From assembly GCA_965369435.1 (NCBI GenBank), contig CBDURI010000001.1:1-53544 (forward strand): a stretch of DNA of 53,544 nucleotides. Direction: 5' to 3'. The stretch's first letter is position 1, and each line of letters begins with the position of its first letter. The stretch is from an uncultured bacterium (lineage in GTDB: Bacteria > Myxococcota_A > Polyangia > Polyangiales > Houyiibacteriaceae). The position numbers were made by a program, and so were the translations under genes. Positions 18,701 through 27,522 of the stretch are shown here, one piece after another. Under the pieces are notes generated by a model, which saw only the letters and a program-made list of their open reading frames with translations, did no database searches and was not told the origin of the DNA.

Positions 18701-20443
18701 GGCTCGAGCGTCCAGCGAACCGAGGTTGTCTTCGAGCTCCCATAACGCAGGCCAGTAGTCCGCCTGCTCTTTCAGAGCGTCCTCGCATGCGCTGATGGCC
18801 GCCTCCGTGCCCGGGGTCGCGAGCCGCGCGGCCATCGTGAAAGCAAACGCGCTTCGCGCTCCGGTGGTGGCCCGGCCTTCGCCCGTCCACCGCTGCGCGC
18901 GACGCGCGAGCTCTTCGTCGTCGAGAAGGAGAGCCCTGCCGATCCACGGGTTGGCCGGAGCGCGTTCCTCCGCCCGCAGCAATGCCGTTCGGCGGTTGGT
19001 CACGCCGGTAGCATCAGCGACTTCGGCAATCGCCAGGGCTGCTGCGGCAGCGAGATCGTCGGGAGATTCGTCGGCCTCGCGCTGCAGTGCAGCGACGAAT
19101 GCTGCGCCGTCTCCATTGCGAGCCGCCTCGTCGGCGCGCGCCACGCTCGATGAAGCGCTTGCTGCCTCGTCGGACATCGTTTCGAGCAGTCCCGGGACCG
19201 TGGCTCCGTCCTCGGTGTCGGCCGTCATCAAGAGCCGCCAAGCTTGTACGTAGGCGCCGAGACGCGGCTCCGAATGCGCAGCGTGTGACGCTTGTTCGTA
19301 GCCGGCTTGGTCGCCCCGCTCTGCGTGCAGACGTGCACGCCGCGCGTTGCTGACCGCGCGCAGTTCCGGGGATTGGCCCGACATGCGTTCCATTGTCTCG
19401 ATCGCCCGCTGCGGGTCACCGGCAAGCGCTGCCGCCTCGGCAAGCGTCCAGAGAGTGGCGGTGTCTTCCGATGGGCCGCGGACCGTTCGGAGCAGCGCGG
19501 CGGCGACTGACGGAGAGGAGTGCTCTGCTGCGGCCTCGAGCGCTTCGCGGCTGGCGTCGGTGGCGCCGAGGTCATGCGAGGCTCGAATCACGCCAAAATG
19601 TGCCGCGAGGCGTGCCGGTTGAAGCTCGACGACGCGGCCGAATGCCTCTTTCGCGGCGTCCGGCGCGTTGGTGCTCTCGAACAGCTGTGCCGCGTGCAGA
19701 ACCATGACCGCCTGGGCCTCGGCGTCCGGCCATTGTTCGGCCGCGTCTGCGATGGCCTCCGCCGCACGCGTTGCGTTCCCTCGCGCCAGGCGGGCCGAGG
19801 CTGCCAGTATGCTGGCGACGAAATCGTCTTGTTGAAGCCCGGCTGCCCGTGTGGCCGCCTGTCCGGCGGCCGCGGCGTCCCCCAGCTTCGACAGTCGGAT
19901 GTGGGCGAGCAATTTGAGTGCGGACGCCCGATCGCTCACGCTCAGTTCGAGCCCCGCCTCCTTCTCTAGCGCGCTTGCGGCGGCCGCCCAGTCGTCGCGC
20001 CGCATGGCGTGTCGTCGCAGAGCCCGCAGCACGACGACGTCCCGGGCGTCGGCGGCCAGCGCATCGGTGTAGTTGCGGTCAGCAGCCTCGTCGTTGCCCA
20101 GTTGTTCGTGAAGCTCCGCGGCCGAGCTCAGAAGCCGAGCACGTGCGGAGCCAACGGCGCGTTCCGCCAGGCCCTCGAGTAGCTCGATGCGGCGGCCCCT
20201 GGTCTGCGGGGTGTCGCCGACGAGGGGCAGGGCCTCGTGCCGTGCACTGTCTTGGAACACCGTACGTTGTGCCGCTTGTGCGCCGGCGTCCGAGGGGTCC
20301 GGCGGGCGGCTGATGCGCTTTGCCTGGGGCCCCGTTCGAGTTGCGACGAAGTCATCGAGAAGCGAGGAAATCGCATCGTCGTCGAAATCAAAAGAGGGCG
20401 CGCCCGACTCTCGGTTTGCCGCAGACAGATCGTCCTCAGCCAT
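15779..20443 (-). CDS. giant TPR-like helical-repeat protein (1554 aa) with a non-TPR C-terminal module; paralog of the upstream gene
   Basis: Uninterrupted 4.67 kb ORF. Its ATG 20443 overlaps the upstream stop by 8 nt. It is Ala/Leu/Arg-rich with many TPR-like units (e.g. EASLRQVAKLAPTHIQ) and has no signal peptide or TM segment. Confidence 0.85.
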   Translation of the reverse strand: MAEDDLSAANRESGAPSFDFDDDAISSLLDDFVATRTGPQAKRISRPPDPSDAGAQAAQRTVFQDSARHEALPLVGDTPQTRGRRIELLEGLAERAVGSARARLLSSAAELHEQLGNDEAADRNYTDALAADARDVVVLRALRRHAMRRDDWAAAASALEKEAGLELSVSDRASALKLLAHIRLSKLGDAAAAGQAATRAAGLQQDDFVASILAASARLARGNATRAAEAIADAAEQWPDAEAQAVMVLHAAQLFESTNAPDAAKEAFGRVVELQPARLAAHFGVIRASHDLGATDASREALEAAAEHSSPSVAAALLRTVRGPSEDTATLWTLAEAAALAGDPQRAIETMERMSGQSPELRAVSNARRARLHAERGDQAGYEQASHAAHSEPRLGAYVQAWRLLMTADTEDGATVPGLLETMSDEAASASSSVARADEAARNGDGAAFVAALQREADESPDDLAAAAALAIAEVADATGVTNRRTALLRAEERAPANPWIGRALLLDDEELARRAQRWTGEGRATTGARSAFAFTMAARLATPGTEAAISACEDALKEQADYWPALWELEDNLGSLDARAASAATQARLDPAEAVSGTLRAALWAPSVDEGGERLARTRAALNHESPDPLLVEHLFEAAGGATETGGDLMVATARQLDLLPYLERAAAAYRSAGLPGRAAKVLREASLASPDDEAIRVQRKDAELHASEFARLADSAMRRAREATDDAERLGAFCAMAEVDRLARRDMQSARLSLQSIAELRPDHIPTARALEWDALREDDPERIRSSAHRLSKALPADSADRLARHRLVLELLKSDPDTTQTDVDRLLCSIDDALEADSGLARQVLGATYARGDSLLGLQALIALAAALDDDLGRGALALDTAEVLQQLGDPERALEVLDAAPRHPLAREGEARLLHGAKRWEEAASSYQDAAGRAKDAHRAASLWREAACIFEEELDDQARAVEAWVAAAECELTYLDVYRRLAGLYRRQGQLDSLAALTAARIDAGADTPTLVGLLLEQARQRRERGDVQGVTDALDECLELDPHHFAALQELVDTHRTAENWQGAAEALIRIARLNRSTDEQIWAFSQLAETYDLHLQDLPRAEASLRQVAKLAPTHIQTLDRLASVLSRQGKAPEAARLLEELVRRADGSAADRDYRIRLARAVESAGQARQAELMLESLRVEQPTEPDVILAVADYYQRQGAGPAEAMHLNRAASDLRTAIDSNPGDEGLWTTLVRVLKRRLGAGPASCAASAAIAVGHPASLFEGDATPRGEAFGEAKVPLSSVVDAIVAPPGLPQTVRRLFSLCEHSFDKVLPFDTSAWRIRRPSGPHRGLVEEAGAVAEAMGISEPRLRVTPVAPAACMPIAGDPPTIVVGGTLHEATTPRERVFLFARALKVASNHLAPALRARPEDLDAALLALLQGHAASREQQPESRQLQDLRKKLLKAVPRRWRDEVESLVLELQGNRGFSTRAVPFAISELGDRAALTLTGDVPSAVNALLKIAGHDVPQSDAGRLRAIRETPEAWTMVRFAISDAHFEARAQAGVDP

Positions 20444-23400
20444 TGGCCCCCCACAGAGGTGATTCGGCCTCGAGCCAGAATCGAAGAAGGTCGATCCCGC
20501 GCGCAGATGTCCTGAGCGTGCCGAGTGTGACCCGGCCGTTCAGCAACGTCGCGATGGCGGCGGCGATGTCGCCCGATGCCAAGAGCCCGGCCCGGTCGGC
20601 GCTTTGCTGGAGGCTTCGGGCGAACGCGAGCAGCGACGCGGGCGCGAATTGCACGCCGTCGACAGCTTCGTGCACGGCCTTGCGAGTCGCTCTTCGAAGC
20701 TTGACGTCGATCGCAGGTAGGGCCGGCTCTCCAAGCCCAATCTCGCAGCGAGCGATACGGAGAACCGCCGCCAATGTGCCCGCGACCTTCTGGGGTGTTT
20801 CATCGAGAAGCGCCGCAGCGCCGCGTGGTGCTGCCCATGCGAGACGGCCTGCAACGAATCGCCCCGCGCCATCGAGGCCCTCCTGCGCGACGCGAGGGAC
20901 CGTCCAGTCGATCTCGCCGTCGCGGCCGGTGCGTGCGATCAATGTTTCGATCTCATCGGACAGCCCAATCGACCCCACACGGGCGCCGAAGCGCTGGGAG
21001 ATTCGCTCGAGCTCACCGTAGATGGGATCGCTCGGTGCGGCCTTCTTGGTGCGGAGACGCTCGTTCGACAGAGCCGGGCCCGCTCGAAGCACGACTTGCT
21101 GCAAAACCGGATCGGCGTCGCGATCCCACACGGCGGCCACGGAGACGTCCTGGAGATTCGCCACGCCGCCGTCGTCGCCCGATGACGCGAGCCCGAGTGC
21201 GCTCTGTACCGCGCGTACCGCCGCCGCGCGCCGCGTATCTCTTCTCCACGTGGCGGACTTGCCGAGCCCTTCGAGAAGCGGCGCATCGAGCTCGCCGCCC
21301 TCGATACGCGTCCAAAGTGCGCGCTCGTAGGAGCTCACCGCCGCGTCCTTCTCGGGTTCGTCGAGGAGCTCGACCAAGTGCGTGATTGCGGTCGCGTGCG
21401 ACGGCTCTGCATCGAGTGCGCGCCTGTATGCGCTGAGCGCGGCCCCACGGTTGTCGAAGCCTGCTTCGAGCGCCCCGATTCGCACCCATATTTGCGCTTC
21501 GGCGAGGCCGAGGGCTTCGATCGCGCGCAACTCTTCGAGCGCTGCGCCGTTGTTTTCGAGATGCGTTTCGAGAAAATCGGCGGCGGCGAGGTGGGCGACC
21601 CTCCGTTGTTCTTCGGGGATTCCCGTTTTGGATAGCTTTTGCAGGCATTCGATCGCCTCGGGCCATTGTTCGAGCGAAACGTGAACCTCCGCGGCGAGGG
21701 CCAAGGCGCCTGAATGCTGGGGCTGCACGGTGAAAAGCTCGTCGAGAACATCGAGCGCGCCGGGTCGGTCGCTGAACCCGCGAAGCAGACGGGCCCGTTC
21801 GTAGAGCAGAGCCGGGCGATCCTTTGGGCCGCCCAGGGCGAGTCGGTTGGAGACGAGCGCTTCGAGAGCTTCGGCGTCCTCTTGTTCGGCCAGTAGGTCG
21901 TGCAGCCGGCGGAAGGCGATGTCGCGGGAGGGGTCTTCTTCGAGTGCGCGGCGCAAGAGGTCTTCGGCCTGCGGGTACTGCTCGAGGCAATCCAAGCGAA
22001 CGACGCCCGCCTCCTCCAACAGATCGGCCCTGAGGCTGCCATCGACGAACGGCGCGAGCCGCTCGCAAGCTTGAGCCACCAATGGCCACTGCCCAGCTTG
22101 GCGCGCGGCGCTTCGAAGCGTTTCCCACAGTGCGAGGTCATCGGGTCGCTCGTCGACTGCCTTGCTGAGCAAGGCAACCGCCTCGGCGCCCCGATCCGCA
22201 TCGACGAGCGCGCGGCAATGTGCCGCCTCGAGTGCGCCCCGTCCGACCCCGTCACTGTGGCCCAATCGTCTCTCGAGCGCGCTGGCGCGAAACCCGGCGT
22301 CGTCGCCAGGTGCCAGGGCTTCGTCTAGGGCAATGGCTGCGTCGGGGTGGGTCTTGGCGAGCGCCTCGGCTTCTTGGGCGAGCATGAAGAGATCGTCTGC
22401 GGCTCCGGTCCCTTGGGCGACGCGCGAGGCCCGCAGGCCCTGAAGTAGCGCTCCGGCTCGCAAGGCCTCGGTTGGCGCCAGCGCGGCGAGTTCGAGCCAA
22501 GCGTCACCGGCCAGAGCGCCTTGTGCACCGAGCGACCCGCGCAGCGCTCCATACGCCGCGCCAAACCGGCCAAACGTCTCGGGGGGCGCGATGCCGGCGT
22601 CCGCGAGGACCTCTTCGGCGGCCGAGCGCTGATCGATCTTGGTGAGCCGAGTGGGTGTCGACAGTAGAGCAACGGCCGCGGCGACTGCGGCGCTGGGGTG
22701 CTCGAGCCCTTGTTCGTAGGCCGCGCCTGCATCGGCAGCGCCGTCCGAGCTCAGGGCGTCGCCGTGAAGCAAGGCGAAGAGCTCTGGTACTCCTCCGCCG
22801 AGATCGGCGTTTGAGAGAAGCGCGTAGGCTCGCACTCTTGCGCCGACGTCATCTCGACGCCGAGCGACGTCGAGCAGGGCGAGGGCGGCCGAGGGCGACT
22901 CCGGCGCTTCTGCCAATGCTTGCTCGTACGCACGCTGGGCCGCCGCCAGATTTTCGTTCCGTTCGGCCGTTGCGCCGGCGAGGAGAAGCGAAACCTCCCC
23001 AAGGGCGGCGCCCGGCTCACCGAGAGACCGCTCACGAGCCAAGGACACCACGTCTTCGGGACGTCCTCCTTCGCGCAGCACGTCGGCGAGCAACATGACG
23101 ATGTAGCGGTCGTCGGGCGCGGCACCCAGCGCCTCCCGAAGAACACGCTCCGCCGCCCCCCAGTCCCCGCTGCGCGCGTAGGCATGCCCCGCCGCGCACA
23201 GGTGCCCGACGCGTGCGTCTTCAGCGTTCAGCCGGGCGATGGACTCGTGGGCTTTGGCTAGCAAGCTGGTGTTGCCGGTCCACGCGGCCTGGGCTCGAGC
23301 GACATGCCCGGCCCATGCCCGGCAGTCGGCGTCCTCGATGCCGTCGCGTAGGAGCAGCTGCGCATCCTGAGTGGCCCCGAGGGCATGTTGGGTCACGTCG

Positions 23401-24905
23401 TATCTAGTGAAGGCAAGCGTCGCCCGCTCCGCAGGCTCGATGTCGCATTGGATCAGCTCATCGCACCGTTGGAGGATCTCACGGGGTTGTGCGGCGGCGA
23501 GCGCTGCACCCAGAGCCTCGCGCAGGATTCGTTCTTTCGACGTCGCGGCAGTGCGACTGGCTTCGCTGTAGAGCGCTTGCGCCTGTGTCGAGGCGGTCGA
23601 GCTTCCGGTCGCCAACTGCGCCGCGTGCCACGTCACTCGAGCGCGCGAGTCTCCCTCCGCACTTTGTGCCTGCGCGCGAAGTCGCTCGGAGCGTTCGGCA
23701 TGCGCGGAGGCGTCCCCGCACCGGATCAACCCGACGTCGAGCGCCGCTTGCGCATAGGCGGAATCGGGGTACCGGGTGGCCGCGTCACGGAGTGTGTCCA
23801 AGGCGCGCTGGCGATCTTCGCTCGACAGTGCGCGACGCACTTGGTGCGCCACGAACGCCGGATCCGCTGGCGCCGTGGAGAGGAACCAACCGGACGCGCG
23901 CTCCAACGCAGCAGGCTCGTTGCGACATTGCTCGATGCGCAACGCTTGCAAACGAATGGCCCTCCGGTCTGGGAACAGACGCAGCGCCGCTTCGAGGTAG
24001 CCCGCGGCAGCATCCGAGTCGTCGAGCCGCGTCGCGCTATACGCGGCCGCCTCTTGCCACAGGAATGCCGCCATTGAGACACGCTCGCCCTCGGGGACCG
24101 AAAGGTTCATGGGGTCGGGCGGCTCGTCCGCGTCGGCCGCCGCTTCGAGCAGGCGCGCCATCGACGTCGTCGCACGGATCAAGACGTCCCAGCGTTCGTG
24201 TTCCCCGGCTACCCGGCGCTGCAGCGACCTGGCTTGCCAGACGAGTGCCTCGGAGTCGCAAGCGCGTTCGAGCGCCTCGATTGCGTCGTCCGGGTGGCCC
24301 GCCTCTAGTTCGCTCAGGGCAACGTCCATCCACAGGGCCGCTCGAAGGCTCGCGTCTGCTGCGTGCTCCGCCTGGGCGCGCAACGCGTGTCGTAGCGCCT
24401 CCTGGTCACCTCGCGCCTCCGCAAGCCACTCGAGAATCAGAGCCGGTACGACCGGCGCCGGAGATCGCGCGATCGCCTCTTGCAGAAGCGACACCCAATC
24501 CTCCGATCGAACGGCCAAGTCCATGAGCGCCGCACCACGGACAGCCGCGCTCGTCGCCGTGGCTACTTGCTCGGACTGAAGCGCGGATAGGTTGTGTCCG
24601 TTGTTGGCGCGCTCCGCGATGCGAAGTTGGGCGATCAGGGCTGGTTGGAAACCGGGCGCCGCCGCGTGCGATTGCCCGTAGTGATCGATCGCGTCCGGGA
24701 CACGATCGAGCTCGTGCTCGTAGAGTGCGGCGACTTGGTAGAGGATCGCCGCCTGGTTCGCCGGCTCGGTTTCTGCGTCGAGCTCCCGGCGCAGGTTCGC
24801 GATACGCATCTCGACCAAATCGAGCTTGCGTGCAGCCCCCGGCGGGCGTGAAGCACCTGGCGGGCGTGAAGCGCCTGGTGGGGGTGGTGGCGGATTTGCG
24901 TTCAT
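20436..24905 (-). CDS. giant TPR-like helical-repeat protein (1489 aa) with a non-TPR C-terminal module
   Basis: ORF 20436..25496 trimmed to ATG 24905 (MNANPPPPPPGASRPPGASRPP...). The upstream 197 codons overlap the SDR gene in another frame. TPR-like units run throughout. Confidence 0.85.
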   Translation of the reverse strand: MNANPPPPPPGASRPPGASRPPGAARKLDLVEMRIANLRRELDAETEPANQAAILYQVAALYEHELDRVPDAIDHYGQSHAAAPGFQPALIAQLRIAERANNGHNLSALQSEQVATATSAAVRGAALMDLAVRSEDWVSLLQEAIARSPAPVVPALILEWLAEARGDQEALRHALRAQAEHAADASLRAALWMDVALSELEAGHPDDAIEALERACDSEALVWQARSLQRRVAGEHERWDVLIRATTSMARLLEAAADADEPPDPMNLSVPEGERVSMAAFLWQEAAAYSATRLDDSDAAAGYLEAALRLFPDRRAIRLQALRIEQCRNEPAALERASGWFLSTAPADPAFVAHQVRRALSSEDRQRALDTLRDAATRYPDSAYAQAALDVGLIRCGDASAHAERSERLRAQAQSAEGDSRARVTWHAAQLATGSSTASTQAQALYSEASRTAATSKERILREALGAALAAAQPREILQRCDELIQCDIEPAERATLAFTRYDVTQHALGATQDAQLLLRDGIEDADCRAWAGHVARAQAAWTGNTSLLAKAHESIARLNAEDARVGHLCAAGHAYARSGDWGAAERVLREALGAAPDDRYIVMLLADVLREGGRPEDVVSLARERSLGEPGAALGEVSLLLAGATAERNENLAAAQRAYEQALAEAPESPSAALALLDVARRRDDVGARVRAYALLSNADLGGGVPELFALLHGDALSSDGAADAGAAYEQGLEHPSAAVAAAVALLSTPTRLTKIDQRSAAEEVLADAGIAPPETFGRFGAAYGALRGSLGAQGALAGDAWLELAALAPTEALRAGALLQGLRASRVAQGTGAADDLFMLAQEAEALAKTHPDAAIALDEALAPGDDAGFRASALERRLGHSDGVGRGALEAAHCRALVDADRGAEAVALLSKAVDERPDDLALWETLRSAARQAGQWPLVAQACERLAPFVDGSLRADLLEEAGVVRLDCLEQYPQAEDLLRRALEEDPSRDIAFRRLHDLLAEQEDAEALEALVSNRLALGGPKDRPALLYERARLLRGFSDRPGALDVLDELFTVQPQHSGALALAAEVHVSLEQWPEAIECLQKLSKTGIPEEQRRVAHLAAADFLETHLENNGAALEELRAIEALGLAEAQIWVRIGALEAGFDNRGAALSAYRRALDAEPSHATAITHLVELLDEPEKDAAVSSYERALWTRIEGGELDAPLLEGLGKSATWRRDTRRAAAVRAVQSALGLASSGDDGGVANLQDVSVAAVWDRDADPVLQQVVLRAGPALSNERLRTKKAAPSDPIYGELERISQRFGARVGSIGLSDEIETLIARTGRDGEIDWTVPRVAQEGLDGAGRFVAGRLAWAAPRGAAALLDETPQKVAGTLAAVLRIARCEIGLGEPALPAIDVKLRRATRKAVHEAVDGVQFAPASLLAFARSLQQSADRAGLLASGDIAAAIATLLNGRVTLGTLRTSARGIDLLRFWLEAESPLWGANG
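24841..24876. repeat. 2 x 18-nt tandem repeat encoding GASRPP GASRPP at the N-terminus of the 1489-aa TPR protein
   Basis: Read directly: ggcgggcgtgaagcacct ggcgggcgtgaagcgcct, followed by a degenerate G-rich copy that encodes the Pro run. Confidence 0.85.
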
Positions 24906-24919
24906 CGGCCGCCCCCCGG

Positions 24920-25681
24920 CTATGCGAGTGTCCAACCGCCGTCGATGACCATGACATCTCCCGTCACATAATCCGATTCGTCGGAAGCCAAGAAGACGGC
25001 TCCTCCTGCAATGTCTCGGGGCTGCCCGACCCGGCCCGCCGCCGTTCGATTGACGATGCTCGATCGAATGGAGTCGTTGTCGACCAACACCTGCGCAAAC
25101 TTGGTTTCGATCAAGCCCGGTGCGATCGCGTTGACTCGAATGCCCGCGCCGCCAAGCTCCATCGCCAGTGTCTTGGTCATCGAGATCACCGCAGCCTTGG
25201 TCATTGCGTAGACGCCCTGCATCGGCGCGGCCATCGTGCCCACGACGCTCGCGATGTTCACGACCGACCCTTTGGCATTCCGTTGCTGCAAGTGGCCCGC
25301 CACGAGCTGGATCATTCCGAAATAGCCCTTCACGTTGACCTCGAAGGTTTTGTCCCAGGCGCCCTCGTCTATTGTCAGCATCGGCCCGAAGTGTGGGTTG
25401 GTCGCGGCGTTGTTCACCAGGATGTCCACCTTGTCGTAGGCCTTCAAGGCCGCTGCGAGCATCTCTTCGCGCTGACTGCGGTGCCCGGTGTGGCATGCGA
25501 TCGGGGTTGCCTCGCCGCCGTTTGCGCGGATCTCGTCGGCCACGGCCTGCAGGCCTTCGATCTTTCGCGAAACGAGGATCACCTTGGCCCCCTCTTCGGC
25601 CATGTAGCCGGCGATGGCGGCGCCGATGCCTCGGCTCGCCCCTGTGACGATCGCCACCTTGTCCCGTAGCCGCTCACTCAT
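24920..25681 (-). CDS. short-chain dehydrogenase/reductase (SDR) family oxidoreductase
   Basis: ATG 25681 is preceded by AAGGAGG. VAIVTGASRGIGAAIA is the TGxxxGxG motif, NNAA is present, and YAMTKAAV is the YxxxK motif. Confidence 0.9.
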   Translation of the reverse strand: MSERLRDKVAIVTGASRGIGAAIAGYMAEEGAKVILVSRKIEGLQAVADEIRANGGEATPIACHTGHRSQREEMLAAALKAYDKVDILVNNAATNPHFGPMLTIDEGAWDKTFEVNVKGYFGMIQLVAGHLQQRNAKGSVVNIASVVGTMAAPMQGVYAMTKAAVISMTKTLAMELGGAGIRVNAIAPGLIETKFAQVLVDNDSIRSSIVNRTAAGRVGQPRDIAGGAVFLASDESDYVTGDVMVIDGGWTLA

Positions 25682-25844
25682 CCTGTCCCCTCCTTTGGTT
25701 TGACACGTATAGCGCTCCGCAGGGTGGTTTTGCCAGCGCGATCTGCACGGGGCTTGCGCCGGCCGTGTCCTGAGCAAAACTAGCCTGTCCTGGTTTGCCA
25801 GAGAGGTCGCCCTGACGCTGTCCTACGACATTGCCGCGATTATC

Positions 25845-26804
25845 GTGGGTTTCATCGCTGTGGTCTGGGGGGCGGATCGCTTCGTGTACGGATCGGCCGG
25901 GCTCGCGAGCAACCTGGGGGTTAGCCGCCTCGTCATCGGGTTGACGATCGTGGCCTTCGGCACGTCGGCGCCCGAGATGTTGGTTTCCGGCATGGCAGCC
26001 GCAGCCGGCAGCCGCGAGATGGGCATCGGGAATGCCATCGGCTCGAACATCACTAATGTGACACTGGTCCTCGGCGCAGCCGCCCTCGTACGTCCACTGC
26101 GTGTTCACTCTCGCTTGATCATGCGGGAGATTCCCGTGCTCTTCCTGTGCATGGGGGTCGCGTGGTTCTTCCTGTCGGACGGAGAGCTCACCCGGACGGA
26201 AGGCTTCATCTTGCTGTCCGGGATGTTCGTGTTGATCGCTTGGATCGGAATGCAGGGCCGTCACCAGCAGGTCGAGGAGTTGGAGGCTCCTGTCGGAGCG
26301 TTCGCAGAGGACGACATTCCCGACGCGCTGCCCACCGCCAAGGCCGTGGCTATCTTCTCGGTCGGCCTGGTCTTTCTGCTGCTCGGTTCGCGGCTGCTGG
26401 TGTGGGGCGCCGTGGGAATCGCGCGCGACCTCGGGGTCACCGAGCTGGTCGTAGGGCTCACGTTGGTGGCGCTCGGGACGAGCCTTCCCGAGCTCGCCGC
26501 CTCCGTCGCCGCCGCGCGCCGTGGCGAGGATGATATCGCGGTCGGAAACGTCATCGGCTCCAACATGTTCAACTTGCTGGGCGTGCTCGCGCTCCCCGGA
26601 ATCATTGCCCCCGGAGCGGTGAATCGCGCCATCATCACTCGTGACTTTCCGATTATGGCGGGCGTGACGCTGTTGCTGTTGTTGATGGCGTTCAACGAGC
26701 GTAATCACATTGGCCGCAAACGAGGAATCACCCTCATCCTCGTCTTCATCGCCTACTTCGTGGGGCTGTTCCTGAACCCGTTGCTGCCCAGCTCGTTTAC
26801 TTAG
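25845..26804 (+). CDS. CaCA-family cation/Ca2+ antiporter (YrbG-like)
   Basis: Two alpha-repeats are present, GTSAPEM and GTSLPELA, in a 10-TM-like hydrophobic protein. The GTG start at 25845 is uncertain. Confidence 0.85.
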   Translation: MGFIAVVWGADRFVYGSAGLASNLGVSRLVIGLTIVAFGTSAPEMLVSGMAAAAGSREMGIGNAIGSNITNVTLVLGAAALVRPLRVHSRLIMREIPVLFLCMGVAWFFLSDGELTRTEGFILLSGMFVLIAWIGMQGRHQQVEELEAPVGAFAEDDIPDALPTAKAVAIFSVGLVFLLLGSRLLVWGAVGIARDLGVTELVVGLTLVALGTSLPELAASVAAARRGEDDIAVGNVIGSNMFNLLGVLALPGIIAPGAVNRAIITRDFPIMAGVTLLLLLMAFNERNHIGRKRGITLILVFIAYFVGLFLNPLLPSSFT

Positions 26805-27418
26805 GCGTCACGCCTCCACACGAGGCTCATGTTGTTGGCTGGCATGCCGACCTGCTCTTCGAGCGCGAAACCCGTTCGCTCACCCAGCTCGACGAGCTCA
26901 TCGATATCGCGGACGCCCCAGCGTGCGTTGCGCGATCGAAGGCTCTGATCGAAAGCCGCGTTGCTCGGCGCGGTGTGCTCGCCGTGGAGGCGATACGGGC
27001 CATACGTAAACAGAGAGGAGCCGCCCGCCAGCAGTTGGCTCGCGCCCCCGAAGAGCGCTTCGGTGCTCTCCCACGGCGAGATGTGGATCATGTTGATGCA
27101 CACCACAGCGTCCGCTTCGGCCAGGGGCCAGCGCGGCGACCGTACGTCGAGCTCGAGTGGGGCGAGGAGGTTCTCGCGGGCCGCGTCGGCGACCCAGGCG
27201 CCGATGCTCCGTAGGGCTTCTGGCGACGTATCGGTCGGCTGCCACCGGAGTGCCGGCAGCTGCTCGGAAAAAAACATCGCGTGCTCGCCTGTTCCGCTCG
27301 CCACTTCGAGGACGAGGCCGGTAGGCGGAAGCACTCGACGCAGCACATCGAGGATCGGTTGCCGATTGCGTTCGGTCGCAGGCGCGAAACCCTTTGCCAT
27401 CGCGATTGCATAGCCCAT
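26801..27418 (-). CDS. DUF938-type SAM-dependent methyltransferase
   Basis: ERNRQPILDVL, LEVASGTGEH (SAM motif I), INMIHISPW and GPY are typical of DUF938. An alternative ATG lies at 27400. Confidence 0.75.
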   Translation of the reverse strand: MGYAIAMAKGFAPATERNRQPILDVLRRVLPPTGLVLEVASGTGEHAMFFSEQLPALRWQPTDTSPEALRSIGAWVADAARENLLAPLELDVRSPRWPLAEADAVVCINMIHISPWESTEALFGGASQLLAGGSSLFTYGPYRLHGEHTAPSNAAFDQSLRSRNARWGVRDIDELVELGERTGFALEEQVGMPANNMSLVWRRDA

Positions 27419-27522
27419 AACCTGCCGTCATCGAACCGACGGAGCGGGACTGGAGGGGAAGGGCGGCCTGGGGGCTGATCGTCGCCCTATGCCTCGGGGG
27501 GCCGTGGCTGACGCGCGTCTTA

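Noticed and set aside
13827-25496. Long N-terminal extensions in the ORF track (13827..15005, 14621..15703, 20436..25496).
   Set aside because: Each extension overlaps the well-supported upstream gene in another frame and is Arg/Pro-rich junk. Internal starts at 14624, 15184 and 24905 give canonical N-termini and ATGA/GTGA-type coupling.
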